The position numbers and the translations under genes are program-made. The notes beneath the pieces were generated by a model. The model saw only the letters and a program-made list of their open reading frames with translations, made no database searches and had not been told where the DNA came from. A stretch of DNA of 62,939 nt, the filler included, from Rhabdomonas costata (lineage: Eukaryota): NCBI GenBank assembly GCA_019059605.1. It is 42 parts of 42 records of this genome, joined end to end, with 100 filler letters (N's around TTAATTAATTAA, not from the genome) between each part and the next. Parts side by side here need not be neighbours in the genome. Positions count along the whole stretch, not along the records: positions 52,535 to 53,935 come from JAHMHO010017027.1; positions 54,036 to 55,436 come from JAHMHO010017028.1; positions 55,537 to 56,936 come from JAHMHO010017029.1; positions 57,037 to 58,438 come from JAHMHO010017030.1; positions 58,539 to 59,938 come from JAHMHO010017031.1; positions 60,039 to 61,440 come from JAHMHO010017032.1; positions 61,541 to 62,939 come from JAHMHO010017033.1; 35 more parts are not named here. One strand, 5' to 3'. This document shows, in pieces, positions 52,748-62,939 of this stretch (its first letter is position 1; the number at the start of each line of letters is the position of its first letter).

Positions 52748-52930
52748 GATTCCATTCAGCTCTGGGAGCAGCTGCCCGAGGACATGGCGCTGGCGTCCGA
52801 TGTCCACAAAGAGGTGATGCGGGCAGCAATCGGGCAGTTCCGGGGCTACGAGGTCTCCACCTCCGGGGACAGCTTCTTCGTGGTCTTCCAGGACCCAAAG
52901 GATGCGCTGGACATGTGCTTCCAAGTGCAG
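52748..52930 (+). CDS. Class III adenylate/guanylate cyclase catalytic-domain exon
   Basis: DSIQLWEQLPEDMALASDVHKEVMRAAIGQFRGYEVSTSGDSFFVVFQDPKDALDMCFQVQ; SxxLW and GYEVxTxGDSF motifs; CAG|...|GTGAG bounded. Confidence 0.88.
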
Positions 52931-53177
52931 GTGAGCAGAGGCACTAACTCCTGTGGGGTTCGTTGTGCAGTTAAACGGCATTACTTCGGCAGTGTACCCA
53001 GAAAAAAGGGTAGGTTCCCCCGCCCCCTGGGAAGGCTTCCTAACCCCTAGCGCATCCTGAAGGCTCCTATGGGTGGTAGGCATGGCTCCCTAACCCCCTG
53101 CAAGACGAATACGAAGTCAGTCTACTGGAAATAACCGTCACGAATATGTTCACACAGCTTCACAAAAAGGTCAGCGT

Positions 53178-53439
53178 TGAGAAGACAGCTTAGAGCCCTC
53201 CACACATGAGAAGACAGCTTAGAGCCCTCCAAAAGACCAGAAGCAGCAGCCGAAACCCTCCTCCGGCAATCATTGGAAGTACATCGGGAGCCAGGCTTAC
53301 CTCTGTGCTCTGCAGGCTTCATGGCGGCCCCACAGCTAGTACATTCATCCACTGCACCCTTTATCTTGTACTTTACCATCCATTTTCTACGTTTTCCTTC
53401 GTCACTGGCAATTTCCAACACGTCGTAAAGCGACAACAT
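53178..53439 (-). mobile_element. Truncated Merlin/IS1595(ISXO2)-like transposase, N-terminal zinc ribbon
   Basis: MLSLYDVLEIASDE...WM.KYKI.....ECTSCGAAMK......PGSRCTSNDCRRRVSAAASGLLEGSKLS; four-Cys ribbon followed by EGSKLS; broken by a 25-nt direct repeat (53178-53202, 53207-53231); DDE domain absent. Confidence 0.6.
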
Positions 53440-54149
53440 CCAAAAAGTAAAGGAAAACAAAAAAAACTCTGGGTACACAGCCGAAGTAAAGCCAGTTAAA
53501 CTTCTTGCGAGACTTTAGGTGTTGTGTGTTTTCACTGAATAAGTCCACGCCCGACGGTTGGTCGCTCTGAGTTTCCCGGGTCCGAGTTCCCAGCTTCTTA
53601 CCTCTCTGTATTGAGCACCCCCCCAACAACAACAACAACAAAGAAAAAATAAGGTGCACAAGCAATGATTCCATAACCCCCTACTTACACCAGGCAGTAA
53701 TATCGGCCCTCGGCAAGGGAGCCGTGGACTGCTTTGGCGAACTCAAAAAGGCAAGGATTGATCCAGCATTGGTGAATATGTTCCATTATAACACCGGCCA
53801 CCCTGACAGCCCAATTTTACCTACAAAATAGTTTCTTCACGTCCTTCATTAGCGCTGGAAACATCTGGACACGGTTTTGGTGACTTTGTATACCAGAGAG
53901 CTTGGTTAATGTGGTTTCTGGTACACACCCACACANNNNNNNNNNNNNNNNNNNNNNNNNNNNNNNNNNNNNNNNNNNNTTAATTAATTAANNNNNNNNN
54001 NNNNNNNNNNNNNNNNNNNNNNNNNNNNNNNNNNNGGGTGTGTGGTTGACTGAACACCTGTGCATTGATTTTTGAACAGATGTAGTGGTGTGGTTTCGGA
54101 CGAGCGCGCGCGCACACACACATACACACACATTCGTTCTGTACTTCAG

Positions 54150-55101
54150 CGGGTCTGTCAGTGCGGGTGTCAGATCCACGAAGAGGTCAACTCCCTGATT
54201 GCCAGCCTCTGCCACAGCCTGTTCGTGGGCTCGCAGTGGGACTACGCCGCCTACAAGCGGAGCGTGGACCTGTGCGTGGCGGAGATGCTGCAGAAGGGCA
54301 CTGTCCCAGATATCCCAAGGGTGCGCTCCTACCGCAGGCGTCTAGGGGTGCGCTGGAAAGTGGGAAGTTCGAAGCCTTTCAAGGTGGTATGACACAAGAA
54401 ATGGTGCAGGAAGGGTTTCGCCTCGAATTCAGGAAAAACTACGATATCCGGACATCACTTGCAGTGGCTGGTTGCAGCATCTTTTAAAGACGAAAGGTGG
54501 GATTCTAACTCTTGAACTAGAAGGAAGCGGTGCCAGGAGTAGTTTCGGAAGTCTGTCGAGTCCATCTGTTTGAGTTTTTAAGGAGCCGTCAAGGTGCCAA
54601 CAAGCCTTTTGAGGGTAAAAGGACTTGTTACGAAGCTGTATCGGAAGTCTTTTTTTTGCAAAGAAAAAGACTGCAGTGCTTCTTCGCCCTCAGAAGGATG
54701 GTTGGATTTGCGGTCCGGCCTGGGGTTGGTGCCTTGGTCATTCTCTCTCCCTCTCACTGTCGGATGGTCAGGTGGGGTTTCTGACCCTGGCCAGGCAGGT
54801 TGGTGTCACGAACTTTGCGTGGGCGATCGTCGATGTTCCCGCGGCCCAGCAGGCCCTCCAGCTGGTGCAGCACACCGCGAGGCTCCGCGGACTTCCTCCG
54901 CTGCGGCGCATCATATCCGTGGGAGCAGGTCTGTGCAGCAACCATCCGCTGTGTCAATGTGTGATTGGCTTCTCGAATGGTACTGGTGAATCTCTTGCAT
55001 ATCGGCTTAGTGCTGTGGTGCGTTTGTGTCTGTCTGCAGGGAATGGCTATGTTGAGTCGGTTTTCCTCCGAGCTGCCCGTTCCCTGGATCTGTTTCTGGA
55101 G
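54150..55101 (+). CDS. Uncharacterised SAM-methyltransferase-like protein (exons 54150-54320, 54772-54928, 55040-55101)
   Basis: NFAWAI...ALQLV...RRIISVGAG/NGYVESVF; motif-I-like GxGxG split by an in-phase GT-AG intron. Confidence 0.6.
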
Positions 55102-55536
55102 GTATGCTTCTGCCCTTGCTCGCTTTTTACCCAATTCTTCCCCAAGCTGGTTTTTAGTTGGTGCCCCCAATTCTGGAGCGACGCTGCATCAGTCAAATTA
55201 AGCACACTTGAAGGGTCTCATTTTCATACGGGTGGTTGTTTAGCACTGCCAATTAAATTGTGCCTTCGTGGGGCAGAAACAGTATACTCCCGCGAAATAA
55301 CGATAGCATTATGAAAAAGTGACCAGTTCAGTTGTGCAGCAGTGCCCAATCCGGCCGCGCAGCGGACTGGCCTCCGCTCCTAATATAGCTGTCCCATTTG
55401 CCTGCCAAAGTCCGGCAACGACAATTCCAAAAACCCNNNNNNNNNNNNNNNNNNNNNNNNNNNNNNNNNNNNNNNNNNNNTTAATTAATTAANNNNNNNN
55501 NNNNNNNNNNNNNNNNNNNNNNNNNNNNNNNNNNNN

Positions 55537-56767
55537 GGTGGCTTCAACGCCCTGCAGATCTCAGCCTTTCGCAGGCCTCCCGCCCTAAAGGCTGTTATCT
55601 CCCTGTACGCCACAGACGACCGCTTCACAGATGACATCCACTACCTCGGGGGCTGTGTGATGGCCCAAGGGATGCTCTCCTGGGGCAATGTGATGCACCT
55701 GTGGAACGCACGGCCGCCGCTGCCCAGCGTGGTTGGACCCCAGTGGTCGCAGATTTGGGTGCAGCGCCTCTCGGGGTCCTGCGCGCCGTGGAGTGAGGTG
55801 GCTCTCCTCTTCTCCATTTTGAATCTCACTGATTCGCGCAGGCCTTTTTTCTTCAAGCGATTCAACTGGAATCATGTTTTGCGTCTGGGGGCACTGGCCA
55901 TTTTCGGGGCACGTTGCTACAAATCGGGATCCCAGTCATCTGTGTGGGTTTTGGATTTTCTGCTGTGTTTTGTTTTTGTGCAGATCTGGCTCCGTCACCA
56001 ACGAAGGGACGACTACTGGAAGCATGGCTCTGTGAACGAAGCAGGACAGTCCCTGTTGCAGCACTGCCCAGTGTACTTCTTCGGGGGGTGGCGGGACTGC
56101 TACAAGAACTGCCTCTGCCGACTGGCGGATACCTGCGCCTCAGAGCGGCGCACGCTTCCCTCTCCCTCCCCCAGTGACCCTGCTCCTGTGATCACTCAGC
56201 ACCGGTTTTTGGTGGGTCCATGGAGCCATGAATTCCCGGATGTGGCAACTCCCGGGCCTCAGGTGTGATGTGGAGCTCAGTTGATGGTGCAGGATACAAG
56301 AACAGGATATTTCACGTTTCACGGTACTGCATTGCTTTATACGGGAACTGGTATTAGAGAATGCCGACTAGGGCACGGATTCCCATTGTTTTCACGTCTG
56401 CGGCCCAGCCCCCCTTTTTTATGCTCAGGTTGGCTTTGTGCCGGAATGCCTGCGGTTTTGGGATGCCCACCTTAAGGGCAAGGCCACCGAAATGGAGGCC
56501 ACGCCCCCGTTTGTGGCCTTCCTGAAGGATGGGGCTCCGCCCAGCGAAGCCTCGGCCACCCTCACCGCAGGAAGCTGGGTCGACGTGAGCTCCAGCCAGC
56601 GGTTTCAGCAGACTCAGCAATGGCAGCTCTGCCCTGGGGCGGTGCTCCGACAGAGCGGAGGCACAGCAGAGGAGGGTGCGCCAGAGGACGCGTCCGTGCT
56701 GGTGACGGCGAATATGCTCTCCGGGCTGGACGGCGGGGAGTGGTTGTGCTTCAGTGGAGATGACCAG
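55537..56767 (+). CDS. CocE/NonD family (peptidase S15-like) alpha/beta hydrolase (exons 55537-55797, 55984-56262, 56429-56767)
   Basis: GGFNALQI...PPALKAVISLYATDDRFTDDIHYLGGC; WLRHQRRDDYWKHGSV; GGWRDCY (catalytic Asp); VGPWSH (catalytic His); ECLRFWDAHLKG; phase-0 GT-AG introns. Confidence 0.92.
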
Positions 56768-57388
56768 GTGTTGCTCAAAGATGGCCGTGTCATATCTCGC
56801 CGCGGCCTGGCTCATACGTGCCTATACGAGCGCAAAAATAACTGGGCGAAGGGTTACAGCGGCATAAGTGAATTTATGCCCACCACCACCACCACCACCA
56901 CCAATCCACTGTCCAACAAATGAAAGCCCCACAACCNNNNNNNNNNNNNNNNNNNNNNNNNNNNNNNNNNNNNNNNNNNNTTAATTAATTAANNNNNNNN
57001 NNNNNNNNNNNNNNNNNNNNNNNNNNNNNNNNNNNNGGGGGTGTGTTTGGTTGGTTGGGGTAGGTACCAATAACATCAACATACCCCGCTGCTGAAAGCT
57101 TGCATCTGTTGTGTCTGTTGTGTCAGGACCTTGCCATTGTAACACTTTCAGGGTCCCTGCTTGCGCCGCGTCTTCAAAATCAAAAAGCCCATATTAAAGG
57201 GCGGAGACGGAACACAAAGGCGACTGTAACTGATCTCTGTGGTTGGGATGCGCAATTGCAAGGGCACAACACGGAAGGCTGTCATGGACAGGAGTCTTCA
57301 AGCACCTAAAAACGTCTCGTGCGAAGTGCACAGGAAAAAACGGAACCAATTCTCATCCCGCCCTCAATCCCAGTAGTGAGGGAAAAAC

Positions 57389-57724
57389 CTCGTCATGGTA
57401 CCGCATCATGGCTTCCATCGTGTCACGCCGGGTGCGGCTCATCCCAAGCATCCGGTGGACGGCCAGCAAGTTCTGCCACCCGTTGAGCTCCTCTTTGGGC
57501 CACGAGACCAGCTCGTTGGCGATCAGCACTAGCGCCGCGCTGCACTCCACCATGGTGCGGTACTCGGGGGTATCACGGAGCCGCTCAGGAAGCTCAATGC
57601 CCACGGAGCGCTCCAGGAGGATGCAGGTCAGGAGCATCCCAATGGTCACAATGCGCTGGCCCCAGAAGAACGACCACGGCAGCTTGGCCACCTCCTCCCT
57701 GCCCCACTTCTGCCGAGCCGCTTC
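57389..57724 (-). CDS. Microbial-type class I terpene synthase-like exon
   Basis: RIVTIG (pyrophosphate-sensor Arg and effector motif), GIELP, NELVSWPKE (NSE motif) 46 residues after the Arg, then G..NLL.V; CAG|...|GT bounded. Confidence 0.75.
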
Positions 57725-59254
57725 CTGAAAATAAATTCCCTTGCGCTTACTAAAGGCACACAGGAAAAACAGGAAACGAAACCGCCAAAAAAAAAGAGAG
57801 CATAACAGAACACGGCAAGCCGCACAGCAGGCAATTAAATCAGACGTAAATAACGCTCCAATAGTTTTCAGCATTCCTACACTGCTCCAGTCTTCCCAAA
57901 ACAAAACAAGGGGAAAGCAAAAGACGGACTCGTCACACGCACACACACACACACACACTTGGTGCACTTGGCAAGGAGGCAAGGAGTTTTTCTGGGGAGG
58001 ACTCGAGGTCCACTTCTCCACTGGGCTCCCACCTTTCGATGGGGCATGGGCCCATCGGGCCTCACACCCTTGTCAGCCCATGGTACCTTGTCCCGCTGTC
58101 ATGTAACGTAGGGTTGGTTTACCTCTGTGACAGTGACCCCCGATCCACAGTGTACGCGGGGCCTTGGGAACCCCGATTGGCGCGTTTAGAGATCTCTTTG
58201 TGGGTCTCTTTGTGATAAGTAAGAGTTCTTCAGGGATACGCACGTACATGCAGCCACTGATGATTAGACGTCGGGCCTTTTGAAAACACAATTGGTCTCA
58301 ACATGGAAAAACACGGTCAAAGCACCAGTTGGATCTCGTGACAAAGTCTTGGCAACAGTCGTTGACCTGTATTTGAAGAAGAAGAATACGAAGCAAAAAA
58401 AAAAAAAGAAGAAGACGAGCATTTGTAAACAACCACAANNNNNNNNNNNNNNNNNNNNNNNNNNNNNNNNNNNNNNNNNNNNTTAATTAATTAANNNNNN
58501 NNNNNNNNNNNNNNNNNNNNNNNNNNNNNNNNNNNNNNGGGTTGGGGGGTCACAGAAGCATGCGTTTGTGAGGAAAGGTGGGACCGATAAGCAATGGTTG
58601 TCGACGGAATCCACCTTTTTCTGTTGAGTCGCGGGCTGGCTCTGTTCTGCAGCTGGACACAGAGTCCCAACAAACAAACAAACGAGATCCAGACCAGGAT
58701 TCCGCTGTGCATGGATTCCCAACATTCTTGACCCAAACAGCAGTTCAGAAAAAGTTGAGCGAGGAAGGAAAAACACAGGATGAAGAATGAGAGGTGACGA
58801 AGTGATCAAAGAGGGAAAAGGTGAGGAAAATGTGAGGGAAAACGTGGAGAAATCGTGCAGGTGATGTCGTGCGTCCCGTAGGGGAGTAAAGGCAACAAAT
58901 AGGTAACGCCGATAGGGTGTGGGTGAAAAAAAGGAGATCCTAATGCTCCATATAGTCATCCTCGATATTTAGGGAGTTGCACACGCATACTCTGAGAGAA
59001 TTGAAGAAGACGGGAACAGTGAAACGACTTATGCGACACACCAAAAGACATTGCTGTGATGGTGGCAGGAAGAGCCAAAGCCAGGGGACTCTGACAGTGC
59101 CTTGCACAAGCCCCTGTCGCGCTGATAGAAACACTTCATCGGGTTTTCACAGGCAGTCGCTTTAAACAAGGTCACCCATCCCTCCACCCAATTTCAGCTT
59201 GCCCCTCCTTCCCTCTGACTGTCCAGCCCAACTCCATCCCCCCGAAAAACGGAC

Positions 59255-59865
59255 CTCCTGGTGTGGACCCCATCTCCGATCCCATCTGTTCTGCCAGCGC
59301 GGCCAGGCCGTCCTCCTGGGACATCCCCATCGCCACTAGGAGTAGCATCTTCATCCGCTCCTTCTCTTGCCGCTCGCACTCGAAGGTGGCCTGCAGCGCT
59401 GCCACCTGACACCGCACCGCACCACCGGAGTGGGATCAGAGAAGTCACTATTCTTCGGCAACCGCATGGAACCCAGAAAGACCACACGCAATCTTTCCAA
59501 CTCAGGACAATTTGTGCACTGGAGTTAAGTTTATGAGCTATACAAACGAGGAGTTTCGGAAAGCAGTTGAACGGAAGGGTCAACATGAACGACATCGGAC
59601 ATTTCTCGAGATCCCGTCTTCGACCCCATCATTAAGCACCAAAAGGATAACGGAGGATGCTTTGACTAGAAAGAAGAGGAATAGAAGACACGTCGAGCAT
59701 TGTATGGTGGACAGCACACCTCGTTCTCCAGCTCCAGCCTTCGGGACCACTCCGCGCGGTATAGCCGCAGCAGGTGCTGGTGAACCAAGGGATCAACCAT
59801 CGCGGACATGCGGCTCAGGTCAGCCGTGTCCAGCACGGAGGGGCCCAGGGGCGAGGAGTACATCT
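59255..59865 (-). CDS. Exons of an unrecognised coiled-coil protein
   Basis: ...HQHLLRLYRAEWSRRLELENE|GT and CAG|VAALQATFECERQEKERMKMLLLVAMG... join in phase 0; outer boundaries approximate. Confidence 0.5.
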
Positions 59866-62800
59866 CACACAGAACTGCGGACCAGAGAGGGAGCGAGCGA
59901 GCGAGCGAGAGAGAGGCAGAACACAAGTAAGCGGAAACNNNNNNNNNNNNNNNNNNNNNNNNNNNNNNNNNNNNNNNNNNNNTTAATTAATTAANNNNNN
60001 NNNNNNNNNNNNNNNNNNNNNNNNNNNNNNNNNNNNNNGCGTAATGACAGTACTGGGAGCGTTTGACGTTTGCTTTCTGCCAGTGCATGACCTCAGTGTT
60101 GTTGTATGAGTTTAGCATGTTTCGTTTTGGAAGTGTTTTTTGAAATGCACAAAGAAGCGTAGAAATATTTCACAGCAGTGTTTTTAGACTTTAGTCTGAT
60201 TATTGACGTTTACGGTTCGGTAGCAAACAATGCTGGACGCGCTCAACATCGTTTTCCTAACTTGGAAAATTTGTTGAACGCACATTTACTTGTTCTGAAA
60301 TTGAATATCGTTTATTTTTGTGGAAACACAGCAATATATGTTTTCGATTACCGTCCACAATTTCTCTCACTCTTCATCCAAATTTCAGCGGAATGCACCT
60401 GACAGTTTGATGACGTGTGTGTTCTGTTTGTCGATATAAAATGTATTGATGTATCGATGTATCGATTTCTATTTCCGGTATTTTGGCATAAACTCATCCG
60501 CTGACTCTGTCTACTGGAAATATTGTTTTCGGTACCACGTCCATCATTTTCCCTCTGCTTATCTACGTAGTTATAAAATGTTCACTAATCAATCCTGCCT
60601 TCTTTAATGTACGATAAAGGATACACCTCAACAGTGGACGTTGCAATGTGTGTTTTTGGTTTTGCCTGCTGTTTGTCAACGCAATGGTTCACAGCAGAGC
60701 GGAGGGTTATTTTTAGTATCATTTTGAAATGTGTTTTTCTGTGCAAATGTATCATTCAGAGTGGAATATATTGCAGATGAATGCTTTCACTATATGCGGA
60801 GCCTTCCGTATTTTCAAGACGTGTGATTAAGGTCGTTGCTATATCTAGCTGTCGGTTTTCTTTCCTGGCGCTCATTTATGTTTCGACTTTGTGTAATTTG
60901 TTTGTTTGTTTGTTTGCTTGGTTGTTTTTGTTGGTTTGGTTTGATTTGGTTTGTTTATTTTTCGAAACACGTTCTTTTGTGTGTAATATTTCTTCTGTTA
61001 TTTGGTGTTTTTATGGGAACAAACTCTTTCGGACAACTGTTTAGACCTTTAATTACTCTATCGTTGTTACGAACTCAGAGTGAACTAGTTAGAATAGATT
61101 CGACTCAATACAAACTCAACGTGACACTCATCAACTTCAAAATAATATGAGCACACACCACATCGATGTAACATGTTCCATCATGTTTTACTAGCATGCA
61201 AAGCAAATATGAACCATGCATTTTTATCAGGAATCTGTATATGTAATCCGTCAATGTATTGTATCACGTAGACTATTGTGGTGCTTTATTGCAAAAAAGG
61301 CTTTCGTGTTCAAACTATTCACGTATAATGACGCAATCATGTATAATCTATTCACATATAGTCACGCTGAAATGATTAGACAACTCCAGAATAAAACAGC
61401 ACCGCAAATACCGCAACAGCGCAAACCGTGCAAAAGAACGNNNNNNNNNNNNNNNNNNNNNNNNNNNNNNNNNNNNNNNNNNNNTTAATTAATTAANNNN
61501 NNNNNNNNNNNNNNNNNNNNNNNNNNNNNNNNNNNNNNNNGTGGGGGTGTGTTTGGTGGGGGTTGGAGAAAAATCAAACCACCAGCTGGAGATAAAGATG
61601 ACGTCGGGAGTGTACCTCGACTGCCTCTTCGCCGCATTCGCTGGGTGACTTGTCCCACGAAGGTGGTGTGAACAGGTGTCCGGGCCCGCAACAACCTTCC
61701 CGCAACAACCATCAGCCTTCTGAGCCTTCAAGTGCCAGGGCCTTGCCCTCCACGCCACCAGGTGCTTGAGCAAGCCGGGCGCGAACGGAAGCGAGGAATT
61801 TTTTCCTTCTCCGAGAAGCCAATGGCATTCATCTTCACGGAGGCGGCGTTGCAGACGGCGTCGTACAAGGTTTTCTGGTACTTTCCGGCTCTTGCAACCT
61901 CTTGGTCGGGCTGGGGGGTTGTCAAATTCAGCCATTTCGTTCACCATCGTCAGCTCAAAGGCGTCAGACTTTGGCTACGACCAGCCGGTGGCGTGCAGTT
62001 CTGCGGGCCGGAGCGGGGTCGTGTAGAGCAAGGACCCCCTCTGAATCATCGGGTCGTCAAACACCACCCTCCCCCTGTATGGCGTCATTTGAGAAAAGAA
62101 AGGACCTATGTTTTCTTCTTTTCCCTAAGGGCGTGGTTTTCCACTCGATCAGCCAATTTCCCCAAGAATCGTTAACCGGAGCCGCAATCAAACAAGTCTC
62201 TGTGAACTTTTTAAATTCTTCTGTCGTTGAATCTATACGCGTGGAAGGCTGCCTTCAAGGCAGGAGACGCCTTTCAGCGAGTGTTCGGCGTTGGGTTGGT
62301 GGTGGTGGGGATATTTTTGTTGTGGTGGGTTAACAAGCACTGGCAGGGCAAAATCGAGCACGCGCTTTCTAATCCAACTCTTTCACAAACTGTTCGCCGC
62401 CCACGTTATCCGCCCAGTTTCCGATCCTGAAACTGGCAATGCGACTTAATCCCTTGACAAGGTTATTTGTATACAAAAAGCACTGCTTGACCAAGCGTTG
62501 TGCAATCTGACTTTCTTTCGGTGCACGCAATGGCTCAATTCGAGCCCAACTCAAAGACCTTCCATCTCACGAATCCACACCAGATCAAATAAATGGAGGT
62601 CCGGAGGTCCCCACCAGTGAAGTTTTCTCTGCACACAGAATGCGCATTGCATTGATTAATTGTCACTTGTGGTGAACAGCTTTCGTGGCGTTCTTCGAAT
62701 CGAAGATAACTGGACGCAAGCGGCCTATTTTATAGTTCAGTGGAAGAGCGACAAAGCCAAATGACACGAAGCGACGAATTTAGGGTTCGAATTCGAAGCC

Positions 62801-62939
62801 AACTTGGAGCAAGCAGCTCATTCGTACTTCAGTGCCCACCTTGGTAAAACCACACAGCCCAGTGACGAGGTTAGCGCTGCTTGTCCCTGTGCAGCGCTAT
62901 CATCATCACGAAGGCGACGACACGATACACCACACAACA

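Noticed and set aside
52748-57724. Apparent cluster of cyclase, methyltransferase, hydrolase and terpene synthase as a biosynthetic gene cluster
   Set aside because: Each gene is on a separate contig grouped only by similar length; adjacency is artificial.

Overview
This window is not contiguous DNA. It is 42 unrelated contigs of about 1.4 kb (1386-1406 nt), joined by 41 identical 100-nt spacers (N44-TTAATTAATTAA-N44, stops in all six frames). Gene neighbourhoods across spacers therefore mean nothing. Many contigs start with G/T-only and end with A/C-only tracts, and several end in fold-back hairpins, which points to whole-genome-amplified single-cell material. The source is an intron-rich microbial eukaryote; I infer a free-living euglenozoan (euglenid- or diplonemid-like). 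Hand-splicing at GT-AG sites (one GC-AG) recovers fragments of SMC2, a mitochondrial carrier, a beta-carbonic anhydrase, a hybrid histidine kinase, a MAP kinase, a Sel1-repeat protein, SARAF, a DUF2009/UPF0652 protein, EGF-like, PSI and double-PHD proteins, a MATE transporter, an AFG2/CDC48-type AAA ATPase, an AGC kinase, a class III nucleotide cyclase, a CocE/NonD hydrolase and a microbial-type class I terpene synthase. Decayed mobile DNA includes an RTE-like LINE, a gag zinc knuckle and a Merlin/IS1595-like transposase fragment. The best leads are the terpene synthase, the intron-bearing bacterial-like genes, the Merlin-like relic and a dispersed GCAGGGGGTTAGG repeat family. No multi-gene novel system can be supported, given the fragmentation. 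All family calls come from motif recognition by eye, not database searches.
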